A stretch of 63,631 bases of DNA, counting the filler, from Octopus bimaculoides (Eukaryota): NCBI RefSeq assembly GCF_001194135.2. It is 7 parts of 7 records of this genome, joined end to end, with 100 filler letters (N's around TTAATTAATTAA, not from the genome) between each part and the next. Parts side by side here need not be neighbours in the genome. Positions count along the whole stretch, not along the records: positions 1 to 12,656 come from NC_068986.1; 6 more parts are not named here. The stretch is one strand, 5' to 3'. The notes under the pieces were generated by a model. That model was not told the DNA's origin and did not search any database. It saw only the letters and a program-made list of their open reading frames with translations. Each line of letters opens with the position of its first letter. The stretch's first letter is position 1. The position numbers were made by a program, and so were the translations under genes. Positions 1 through 11,375 of this stretch are shown one piece after another.

Positions 1-148
1 AATCACGTGTTTTCACGAATGTACTAACGAGATTTGCTCAGATATTCTCATTTAAATATGAATAGGTGATTACGGGCGGTTTTGGGCGGCTTGGTTACAT
101 GAACCAAAATTTTTTCGGGCGGCTTTGGGCGGTTTGGTAACGAAAGGG
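1..148. mobile_element. piggyBac-like DNA transposon/MITE terminus
   Basis: Ends ...CGAAAGGG followed by TTAA (149-152), i.e. the TTAA-CCC end rule. Two subterminal GGGCGG-Y-TTTGGGCGG repeats at ~74-89 and ~117-132. It abuts Tx1 sequence exactly at a TTAA that is uninterrupted in the sister copy (CCCTTAAGCGAGCC at ~6091-6104). Confidence 0.7.
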
Positions 149-2180
149 TTAAGCGAGCCACAAAATACAAGTCAGTTAGATTTAGTATAGGCTTAGCTAA
201 GAAGGAATGTAGCATAGGCGATGGTCTAGTTAAGGAGTTAGATAAAGCCATGGAGAATGGTAATGCGGACCGGGTGAAGGCCAAGAGACTGGAATTAAAC
301 CAGCACCTCGAAAGCCAACACAAGGGAAGTATTATCAGAGCAAAAATACGTGCAATGGGTTGCGAAGGAATCAAAGCTGCTGGATGGGCCCCGAGTGGTG
401 GAGGCTCAACGGAGTAATGACTCCATCATTCGGTCTGTGGCGAACCTGCAGGGCGTATTGGTAGACGATCCCGAGATGTGTGAGGCCTTTCAGGAGCACT
501 TCGCTCGGCTTTTTGGGAGTGATGGCAAGCCGCGTGGTAGGGAAGACCTCGAGAGCTTCCTTGCCAGGCTGCCACGCCTCTCGGGGCCGAATGCAGAGGC
601 TTGTGAGGGACCGATCACGACTGAGGAGATAATCGAGGTGTTGATGAACTGTGGGAGGGGCAAATTGCCGGGACTCGATGGCCTACCCTATGAATTATAT
701 AAAAGTATGCCAGACTTGCTCAGACACCTGTTGGCTTGTGTGTACACAAACTGGCAACAGAATGGGTTTATTCCCAGATCTGTGCGCCGGGGAGTGGTGA
801 CACTAGTCAGGAAGGACCCGAGCAAGGGGGATTGTTTAGATAACTTTAGGCCCATCACTCTGTTAAATACAGAAGTGAAGATTTTGGCCAAGGTATTAGC
901 GAAAAGGTTGGCGCATGTCGCGGATGGTGTGATCGGGGAGGCACAGACATGTGCCATCCCGGGTAGGACCATCCAGGATAATCTCCATCTTATATGCTAT
1001 ATCATAGAGAGGTTTGGGGCTAAGACTGGCAGAGGGGTGGCTTTGGTGCATTTAGACCAAGCTAAGGCTTTCGATAGGGTCGACCATCGATACCTGATGA
1101 GTGTTCTTGCAAGGTTTGGATACTCCTGGATGGTGATTGGATGTGGTCTCTGTTTGCAAGACAAATGTTCCCCAAGTTCGCCAGTATGGGCGCAAAGGAA
1201 TCTTGGTGCTTTCACAGTCCGAGGTTGAGTTTGTGGTACACGGAGTGCCATAAGGCTCTCCTGTTACTCTGACGCTTGGGCAATGCCAGTGGCAGGGGTT
1301 CTACAGCATTCTTTTACAGAGGGTTAGTAGAGGCAGAATGTGACGATGGCCTGGGATGACTCTGGGTCTTGGATCTATTGAACTCGACAGCCTGTTCTTT
1401 CGTACATCCGGGTTGAAGTCGTTGGATAATTTCCAAATGTCTTTGACCTGGCAATGTTACAGAGGAGCCTTACCCTTTCACGATAAACTCGCAAGACATG
1501 GTATGCAGATATCACCGACCTGACCAAGATGCGAGCAGTATAGGGAAACCGTCCCGCACGCTGTTGTCCAGTGTTCGGGAGTCTCTGAAATGTGGGTTTA
1601 CGTGGAACACCTGTTGTCCAGTGAAGGAAGAGTACAGTTGTCAGCTGAGTCAATTATAAAAATTGACCCGCCAAGTTTGTTATCAAACGAAGGTAAGAAA
1701 TGTTTCCTCACTATAATAGCAGTAGCGAAAGAGGTAGTGTGGAAGACAAGAATGAAAGGGACCAAGACGGGTATTTTCATATCCAGCCAACACCTGGTAA
1801 GATATTTTTCTTTTCATTTGAAAAGAAAAATATGGCTGGAGAGGAAATGTCTGTCGGAGAAAGTGATACAAACAAGATGGAAGTATGTCACTTGAGAGTT
1901 GCGAGTGAAAGATTCCAAATGAATATGCCATAAGTGTCTTTAAAAGTGCCAGTGGTGGGATGGGGCTTGTGGGATCGGAGCATAACCCATTCCCCACTTC
2001 ATCTTTTTGTGTTGCTTTGTTTACTGTATGTCTTATCATTCGATTTTTCCGATTTCACCAATTTTATCATATTCAGATTTTTAATTGTTTCATCTTTAAT
2101 GTAATCCCATTGTTTTAATCTGACCCCAATCAGATTGTGTTGTCCCTTCTTTGTTTAGCCCCTGGTGGGTAATAAAGAGA
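149..2180 (+). mobile_element. Tx1/L1-clade non-LTR retrotransposon, ORF2 3' part (RT plus C-terminal domain), decayed
   Basis: ORF 350-1228 has LPGLDGLPYELY, FRPITLLNTEVKILAK, QTCAIPGRTIQDN and LDQAKAFDRVDH. C-terminal ORF 1590-1895 is followed by a T-rich 3'UTR ending AATAAAGA (~2171-2178). Frameshifts and internal deletions. Confidence 0.88.
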
Positions 2181-2184
2181 TCAT

Positions 2185-3830
2185 ATGTGTAATTCTGCAT
2201 TCGAAGTAAAAAGAGCCATGATGTAATGTATTAGGTCCATTTGTTTTTACATGTATGTTAACATCGTATTATGTCACTGTAACCTTTTTATATTTTTTCC
2301 TCTCTTTCTATACAATGAACATTCTGATGAAGGGAGTGTCTAATTTCTAATATGGGTACTGAAACGGTTCGTAGATGAAAACTTTTAGCATTACCTATGT
2401 ATTGTACGGTTTTTTTTTTGATATGGTATATATACATATCCTTTTCTAATGTACACGTTTTTAATGTAATACATATAAATTTATATCATATCATATCATA
2501 TCATATATATTTACCCACTACATGTTAAATCATACTGTATGTTTATAAATTGTAATGTATTGTCTTAAATTGTCAAATATTTTTATACAACTGGGAAACT
2601 ATGCATGTTTATAAATATTTTTAAATAAATATTTTAAACATTCATGATATTTCTGAAGTTTATATCATTGTATATGCCTGTATACTTTATTTTACCTTAC
2701 TTTTTAGACATTTTAGAGACTTAAAACTATATATTTATTGATTCTTGAATGAATTGAACACACCCGCACACACACATATATTAAATCTTGTGTTGGATAT
2801 ACGGTATTGTTCCTGTGGTTTCCACCCTTATGCATCCATTCTTACTATAATTTGAATTCTAGCTCATGCTGAGCACTTCAACTCTAGCCCGTTTTTATGT
2901 ATTGTTATATCAACAATATCTAATTATACAAAAAATTACAGTTTATACTCAGCTCGTTGGAGCACTTCAAAACGGACTGGATAAAATGGAGAAACAACAT
3001 TTGGGAATCTCTACTAGAAATATACCAATCCCACCCAAGAATATATATATGGAAACTCTCCTACAAAAAACGAGTGAGTTTATTAATAGACTTAGATGGC
3101 GTGCTTTTTACCTCGATATGTCCAGAAATTCAAGGATAACGAAAGAACCCAGCCTAATAGGCAATCGAGCTGAACCTGAAATCTCTGAAAATTTTAATTT
3201 AAAATCTTACAGGAACACTCCACCAAACTCCGATCTTGCAAAGTTTGAAAAAGACTTAATACACATGATAAAAAAACCTTAAATATTCAAACCATGTATC
3301 AATTGATCCAGAATCAATTACAAAAAACAATAGTTAGTCTCAAGAATGATCCCAATCTACACGTACTTTCAGATAAAAATGGAAATATCTACTCTGTGCC
3401 CTTCGAAACCTACGACAAGCTAATCTCCAAGGAACTTCATACCAAGTATAAAATTGATAAAAAATCGGCTCCGTGTGATATAAACAATAGACATTACAAA
3501 CTAATTTCGAAATCGGGAATATTAGATCGAACACAACCGTATGATCCTAAAACTCCACACTGCACATTAAAGGACCATAAGAATGACTTTCTTGCCAAAC
3601 CAACAATACACTTAATCTGCCCAACAAAATCTCACTTGGGTACAATTAGCAAACGTATTCTACATCGGATTATCCCAATGATAAAGAAAAAAACACAACT
3701 CGCTCTATGGGAATCAACAAATAATGTTATAGTTTGGTTCCATAAACATGAGCATAATAAGACTTCATCTTTCGTACAGTTTGATATTTCGAATTATTAC
3801 TCATCGATCTCCCCAATTTTATTTTTGGAA
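2185..3830 (+). mobile_element. Penelope-like element (PLE), 5' region plus N-half of RT, 3'-truncated
   Basis: ORFs 2866-3282 and 3294-: STRNIPIPPKNIY, FINRLRWRAF, LSDKNGNIY, LKDHK, FVQFDISNYYSSI. Upstream are a hammerhead-like motif, an AT-rich spacer and an acceptor-like TACTCAG (2946-2952) before ATG 2986. Confidence 0.85.
2317..2380 (+). ncRNA. Type I hammerhead ribozyme-like motif (degenerate) in PLE 5' region
   Basis: CTGATGA (2324-2330) ... GAAA (2361-2364), C-G-GTT-C-G stem III, GTA triplet (2371-2373), stem I CATT/GATG. Stem II pairs weakly. PLEs are known to carry such motifs. Confidence 0.6.
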
Positions 3831-6427
3831 AAATTGTTACAGTTAGTGAAACCGGCAACGGTTTCCCTGTGTAGGGAAACCTACATGATGGCAGATATGA
3901 GGAGCGAACGAACAGAACAAGAAATCGAAAGAATATGTGAGATTAGGTTAATTCCGGACGAAGATGAACAACCGAGAATTATAAGAAATCAGCCAGCAAC
4001 GTCGAATAGAAATATAAACATAAAAAGCCTTAAAATAATGGAATCAAATGAAAAAGAAAAGGAAAAAACAACAAGAAAAAAGTTAGACCTTGCAGCGGTG
4101 GCTGGTGCCAAACAAAGAAAAGTAAACCTGAGCAACACAGAGAAGCATAAGCAAATAATGAAAAGGGAGGGTCACGGTGTCATTGCAACCCCTCCCCAAA
4201 GTTTCCTGGCAAAAATAGAAAGGGAGACTATCATCTTTAAAACATACAACACAAAAGAGAGGAAAATAGATTACGTCTCAGAAGCAGAGATTGAGAAGTG
4301 CCTAAAGCCTGTATGGCAAAAAAATCACTTACATCGCCAGAGGCAAGAGATATGCTACTGTTGAGGTGAGAATGGAGTCAAAGTAAACTGCCCAACTCCA
4401 TTCAGTGGAGCCTCTGAAGACAGAAAATGCGGTTCTCCTACCACTGCACATAGGTAGGAGAACATCGCAAATAACGATCAACNNNNNNNNNNNNNNNNNN
4501 NNNNNNNNNNNNNNNNNNNNNNNNNNNNATTGGATGCAACTGTTATTGAGCCAAGACTGTGGTAACGGCCAGGCCCTGAAAGTAATAATACAGGTGGAAC
4601 AGACCACACTAGAAGAGATAATCAAAAGTTTTGAGGTTGGTGGGACACGACTGGTTGTGTCAGTGGAAGGCCGCCAACCTCATTGCTTCCAGTGTGGGAA
4701 GAAGGGCCACCTCAGGGTGGACTGTAAACAGAACATAGCGGAGAAAAAAACCAGCCAGGAAGAAACGGAGGAAAAAAGAAAGGAACCTGAAGTAGTGGAG
4801 GAGAAACAAAAGGAACAGGAAGCTAAAAAGGAACCAACACCAGTTGCAGTGGAAAAGGCTAGAGAGGGTTGGACTACTGTGTCCAATAAAAGAAAATTGA
4901 AACAACCCTCCCCAACAAAAAACAAGCAAGAACAGAAAAAAACCAAAAAGCGGGAACCCAAAGAAAAAACAGTTGCTACATGGTGGTTTGAACCACAAAC
5001 AGAGAGCTTATGAACCACCTGACAACTATCGAAAAAAGAAAAGTGAGAAAAATAGAATCAAAAAATGGCAAAGCCATTTATAGAACAAGGAAATTATTCA
5101 ACGTATTTAACAACAACTACAGAAATGATGTTGGAGCCCCAAGATTGGACTATGTTCCAACTATGTCGGAGAATTTTATACCTCCAACTCCACAGGCCTC
5201 AAATGGAGTGGAAAAGGCGGGGGTTTCCCCGCCTCCAGACACCGACTAAGGTAAGACATTCATGGCTATTCGTATTGGTTGTTTAAATGTACGCTGCCTG
5301 TCGTCGAGTTGGAAGCAAGGGCGCTTCCTAAATGACATCATGTCGCGAAATTTGGATGCGATTGCTGCCACAGAAACCCGGATAAGCAGGCCAAGAGATC
5401 TGCTCCCCCTCTTGAACGCCTACGAGAGATACGTCTCTCCATATCTTTCAGGAGGCGGGGGGTGGGGGTGTTGGTCTTTATAAAAAGGGACCATGTTCCT
5501 GAGGTAAAGTCTGTCTTTATTGATCCAGAAGGCAGGCTGGTCGTCCTGGATTTCACATTCTGTTGTGGTAAAACAGTCAGGTTTATGCACCCATTTCAAC
5601 TGGTTTACAGAGGCAATATTTCCGTGACTTCAAGAAATTCCTTGCTACGTCGCATTCTTTAGTCGTGTTAGGTGACTTCAACACAATTGACGACGAGCGT
5701 GTTGATTGTGTCGGCTCGAGAACAGACAGAACTGCGAATCCTGGCTTTCGGGATCTGCTCAGCCACTTTCAGCTGGTAGACCCGTATAGGCTGGAACACC
5801 CAAAAGCTCCACTGTGGACATGTTCAAGTAGCAATGGGTCTTCCAGGTCTTATTTAGATAGGATATTGATAACAAAAATGGGATAAAGATATAGTTAAGT
5901 GTCCACAGTTTTACCCAGTCAGCTACAGTGACCACAAACGAGCTGACTGTAGATAAGATGTATAGACAGGTATCTGGCTACTGGAAACTCAATAAGTCCT
6001 TATTGGCGATTAAGGAGTACAGAAAGCGGATCAAGTTAATAATTCAAAGGGCTTTAACAAGTACCATCATTACTAATAAATGGTGATATACCCTTAAGCG
6101 AGCCACAAAATACAAGTCAGTTAGATTTAGTATAGGCTTAGCTAAGAAGGAATGTAGCATAGGCAATGATCTAGTTAAGAAGCTAGAGAAAGCCATGGAG
6201 AATGGTAATGCGGACCGGGTGAAGGCCAAGAGACTGGAATTAAACCAGCACCTCGAAAGCCAACACATGGGAAGTATTATCAGAGCAAAAATACGTGCAA
6301 TTGGTTTGCAAAGGAAACAAAGCTGCTGGATGGGCCCGAGTGGTGGAGGCTCAAAGGGGTAATAACTCCATTAATCGAACTGTGGCGAACCTTCAAGGCG
6401 TTTTGATAAACGAACCCAAGGAGATGT
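3831..6427 (+). mobile_element. Tx1/L1-clade element with 5'UTR, ORF1 (CCHC knuckle) and APE endonuclease; 3'-truncated before RT
   Basis: ATG 3885. ORF 4405-5013 has CFQCGKKGHLRVDC. ORF2 from 5262: RIGCLNVR, ATETR, LGDFN, SYLDRIL, YSDHK, GYWKLN. 6093-6427 is near-identical to 149-480. Confidence 0.88.
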
Positions 6428-6916
6428 ATAATAATAATAATAACTATTCACCTCAACAGAAATATAAAAACAATAAAAATTGCTCATGCAAAAATAAAAA
6501 AATATGCCCTTTACAAGGCCATTGTAAAAGACTTAATATAGTATATAAATGCATAGTCACAGTAATTAATAATTCACATAAAATGGTATACATAGGGAGT
6601 TCTATTAATTTTAAACGAAGATATCTAGCGCATATACATTCATTTAAATAATAATACAACTTCATTAGCCACAGACATACAGAAACTCAATAAAAATGAA
6701 ATTAATTATAAATTGGACTGGTCAATAATAGATTCTGTCATACCATATACACATAAATCAAATAATTGCCGTTTATGCACATTAGAATCACTGCATATAT
6801 TACTATATAAATTTGACAATTTAATAAATTACAAGTCAGACGCGATATCATCATGTAAACATAGGTACTACAAAACCTTTAAATATTATTATAGATCCAA
6901 AAATAAGGTAGAATAG
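6428..6916 (+). mobile_element. PLE GIY-YIG endonuclease 3' fragment
   Basis: CSCKNKKICPLQGHC, VYKCIV..YIGSS.NFKRRY..H, then WSII..NNCRLCTLE..LIN.KSD..SSCKH. One stop interrupts it. Starts at an (ATA)n run. Confidence 0.85.
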
Positions 6917-7066
6917 AAAAAATACGTGTGTATTTGTATAAGCATTTGTATCGATATGTAAAAAAAGCATGTATATATGTGTGCATGTGTATATGTATAC
7001 ATATATATATATATATATGTATACATATACACATGAACGCATATATACATATATACTTTTTTATCA

Positions 7067-9372
7067 TTGGCTCTTCGAGCATTTCATACAGGCTGCATTA
7101 TGAATAAATACTGTTTGGGTTTTTCAACGAAGAATGTCCCCATGCCTTCGAAGAAAGCATATATGGAGTCGCTTATCCACAAAACCACTGAATTTATTAA
7201 TAGACTAATATGGCGTGTTTTCTTTTACGAGCTAAAAAGGAAAGATGGAACCAGAAAGGGTACTGTGGAAAATGACCAACCTGATTTGAGAAATTCCTAC
7301 AACCTCAAATCCTATAGGAACCCACCATCTAACCCCGATGTCGCTAAGTTCGAGCGTGATTTGCTGAATATGATTAAGAAATTGAAGTTCTCTAGCTATA
7401 CGAATCAATTCCAGAAATTGCTATCTGATAAAATATCGGAGATGAGATCCTCTCCAAATCTGCATGTACTATCGGATAAAACTAGTAATATCTATTCAGT
7501 ACCACCTGACCTTTATGATAAACTGATAATGAAGGAATTGAATTCCGGATACAAGCATGCTAAAAAGGATGCGTTAAATAGCATTAATGAGAACCAATTA
7601 GAGATCATATCAAATTTAGGCTTATTGGATAGAACCCAGCCTTACACTCCTAAAACCCCACATGCTCTTTTAAAGGACCATAAACTTGATTTTATGTCAA
7701 ACCCATCGATTAGATTAATATGTCCGACCAAATCGGATTTGAGCCGAATTAGCAAATCGGTAATCGACCGTATTATTCCTGTTATAAGAGGCAAGGTTCA
7801 ACTCCCATTATGGACTTTTACAGGGGATGTCATTATCTGGTTTGATTCCCTTAGGGATAAAACATCTCTTAGCTTCCTATAATTCGATATTTTGAATTAC
7901 TATAACTCGATATCCCCCATACTATTAAATAAGGCCTTGATTTTCGCCCGAAAAATTTTTTGATTTATCAAGTATGGACATTGACATTATCTTAGCTGCT
8001 AGGGAGACCCTTATATCATACAACGAAGTTGAATGGCAAAGGGTGGACTCAACAGGTTTTTTTGATATTACTATGGGGTCATCAGATTCCGCACAGATGA
8101 CGGACCTAGTCGGGCTATACCTCCTTTCGCAAATTAAGGCCAGTTTTCCCCTTCTTACTGGTGGACTATAAAGGAATGATGCCCTTTTAGCAGTAAGGGG
8201 TAGATCTAAATCTGTTTTAAATAGGTTGAGGACTTCTTCAACCTAGATATTATATTTGATATTAACTCCAGGAAAATAAATCTCCTGGACATGACATTGT
8301 GCCTGGATAATGGTCTATTTTGCCCATTCTGTAAACCTAATAAATCTCTGTCATATTTAAACGTTTCATCAAATCGTCCAATATCTACAATAGATAGTAT
8401 TGTTACGGGCATTTCGATTAGAATATCAAATCTATCATCAAACGAAGAAATTTTTAACCAGCACGCGCCAGTTTATAATAACGCTCTTGAGGCAAGCAGC
8501 TTCAAAACCAGAATTTCATATATACCTAACACAAGATTTAAAAATAAGATGGCAGGTTCACCACCCAACTATATTGTGTTCGATCGGTGTGGAGGTAAGA
8601 CATTTTTTAGTAGTAACCGTTGTAAGCAATTTTTTAGAAACAGGACTGGGAACGATGGAAATATAAATAAAAATAAAAATAAGGACACTTTCAATAGGCA
8701 TACGATACAGGAAAATACTAATATGGGGATATTTAAAACAAAAGTTTCGCGACCCAGAATAAGAGAAGTAATTTGGTTCACCCCCCCCCCNNNNNNNNNN
8801 NNTTCCCTCAGGGTAAGAAATTTACCAAAAATGTTTTTTAAGATCCTGGAAAATAATTTTCCTAGGGACCACAAATACTATAGTATTTGTAACAGGTCTA
8901 CAATTAAGTGTTCCTACTCTGGAATGCCTAATTTAGCATCCATTATTGCCTCTTTAAATAGAAACAAGATAAATAAGTTAAAGCTATGCGAATATCCGTC
9001 TAAGGGATACCCTGTTTCTAATAAAACCAACTATAAACCACACAACGATAGTGGGACGGGCTCTTCATTCCCTCGGATTGTGCCTAAATCTGGGAATGAG
9101 ATAAGTGAAATGGCTGATAAGAATAAATTTGTAAGGGCGGTGACTAACGTTGGAAATAATCTTAAGGGTGGCCGTAAAAAATTATGTAATTGTAGAGAAC
9201 CTTTTTTTATGTCCTCTCAGCGGACTTTGTTTGTCCACAAACGTCGTGTATAAATGCATAGTCAGAGACAAGGACAAACAAAATAAGTTTTATATTGGAA
9301 GTTCAGTGAATTTTAAAGCCAGGTATAGAGCACACATGAGTTCTTTCTCAAATGAGAAATATCATAATTCAG
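7067..9372 (+). mobile_element. Penelope-like element, near-complete RT plus start of GIY-YIG, decayed
   Basis: LGFSTKNVP, FDILNYYNSI, DITMGSSDSAQMTDLVGLYLL, GGL*RNDA (YRDD position), LLDMTL, IWFTPP, CPLSGLC..VYKC..YIGSS. Acceptor-like TTCATACAG (7083-7091) before ATG 7100. Confidence 0.9.
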
Positions 9373-11375
9373 CTGCGGTCTAAAAGGCCATATCAGGTTG
9401 GACTATAAGACCAAAGAGCAAGAAGAAGCGGTGGATGAATCAAATGAAGAGGCACCTGTAACAACACAAGAACCAGAGACAACACCAAGGTCGACCAGAG
9501 AACACTAAGGTCGACAGAAGAGAGTGAAGAGAAAGATAGAGAGGAGGGGTGGTCGTCTGTACTTAAAAAAAAAAGAAAAAAACACAGACCGCCCCCACCA
9601 AACTAAATCTTAAAAAAAAAAGAGTGAAGAGGAAAATGAAAATACATATATGGCCATCAAGGCCTCTAATAATAGACTTTTGAACTGTTTGGCAGCTATT
9701 GCGTCTGCCAAACGAGTAGAAAAAACAACTTCAAAAGACTTTTTCATTTATAAGATAGGCCAGAAGGATTACGGACGGATTAAGTCCGAATTCTTTTATG
9801 ATGTAGGCCCTCTCAGGATGGATTTTTCTCCATACATTTACGAGGGCTGTCCAAATACGGGAAGACCCCGAGGAAAGGAGAAGGAAAAAGAAGAATCGCC
9901 GAACCAGTGATGCGAGGTAAGTGATGGAGTCAATTCATGTAGGTTATTTAAATGTGCATAGCCTGGTGACAGGCTGGAAGCAAGGTCGTTTCCTTAATGG
10001 CATCAGGTTGCGTGATTTGGATGTTGTTGTTGCTACAGAGACCCGGTTGAGAGGGCCAAGAGATCTGCTCCCCCTGTTGAATGGCTACGAGAGTTTTTTT
10101 CTCTCCAGGCTGTCCTTCTAGGGGGAGTGGGGTGTTGGTCCTATTAAAAAGAAACCAGGTTTCTGAGAAAAAGTTAATTTTTTCAGATCCAGAAGGTAGG
10201 CTGGTCGTCATGGACTTGACGCTCAGCCATGGTAAAGTTTTCAGACTGGTTGCAATTTATGCACCCCACCCAACCCGGCAAAGTGATTTTTTTCGGTATC
10301 TAGAGAAGTTTCTCAGTACATCACATTCTTTAGTTGTGCTAGGAGACTTCAACACAATTAGCGAGGCACGTGTAGATTATGTTGGCTCAAATACTACTAG
10401 AAAAGGTAATTCTTGCTTCCTGGATCTGCTAAGCCGGTTTGAGCTGGCAGACCCTTATAGGTTGGAATTTCCGAACACTCCAATGTGGACTTGGTCAAAT
10501 AGTGACGGATCTTCCAGGTCATACATAGTGTTAATTAGAAAAGTAAATAGAAATATAGCTAAGTGTCTACAGTTTTACCCAGTCAGCTACAGTGATCATA
10601 AAATGATCACTTGGAGGCTCGACATAGATAAGCGATATACTAGAGGCTCCAGCTACTGGAAACTTAATACGTCCCTTATGGCGATTAAGGAGTACAGAGA
10701 TCGGATTAGTTTGTTGATTCAGAGGGCATTAACCGGCGCCATTATTAATAATAAATGGTGGTATGCCCTCAAACGAGCCATTAAATGTGAGTCTGTTAGA
10801 TATAGCATAAGTTTAGTGGCCAGAGAGCGTAGGAGGGAAACAGTTTTAGTTAAGGAATTAGAGGAAGCAATGAGAACTGGCTCTGCGACTCAGGTGACGG
10901 CCAAGAGACTGGCATTAAACCAGCACCTCGAAGCCAAACACATGGGTTGCATTGTCAGGGCTAGAATTCATGCTATGGGTTGTGAGGGAATCAAGGCCGC
11001 AGGATGGACCCAAGTGGTGGAAGCCCAACGTGGTAATGATGCTACAATTCGATCTTTGACGAACCAACAAGGTAAGTTGATAAACGAACCCGAGGAGATG
11101 TGTGAGCCTTTTCAGGAGCACTTTGCCCAGCTTTTCGATGGGGGCGGCAGGCCAGATAGCAGGAGGGACCTAACGGACTTCCTCGCCGGGCTGCCACGTC
11201 TGTTGGTGCAGGACGTGAAGAGCTGTGAAGGGCCGATCACACCTGAGGAAGTAATTGAGGTGATGGCAGACTGCAGCGCGGGTAAGCTGCCAGGACTGGA
11301 TGGTTTACCCTACGAGTTGTATAAAAGTATGCCAGACTTGTTCGGACACCTACTGGCAAATGTCTACACAAACTA
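9372..11375 (+). mobile_element. Tx1/L1-clade element (second subfamily): ORF1 from zinc knuckle, APE, start of RT; truncated at both ends
   Basis: Begins CGLKGHIRLDY (knuckle remnant). ORF2 from 9924: VGYLNVH, ATETR, LGDFN, YSDHK, SYWKLN, KLPGLDGLPYELYK. Clearly more diverged from the other two Tx1 copies than they are from each other. Confidence 0.87.

Noticed and set aside
48-374. Similar minus-strand ORFs at 48-374 and 6044-6268 as a duplicated small gene
   Set aside because: Antisense shadows of the two near-identical Tx1 ORF2 copies.
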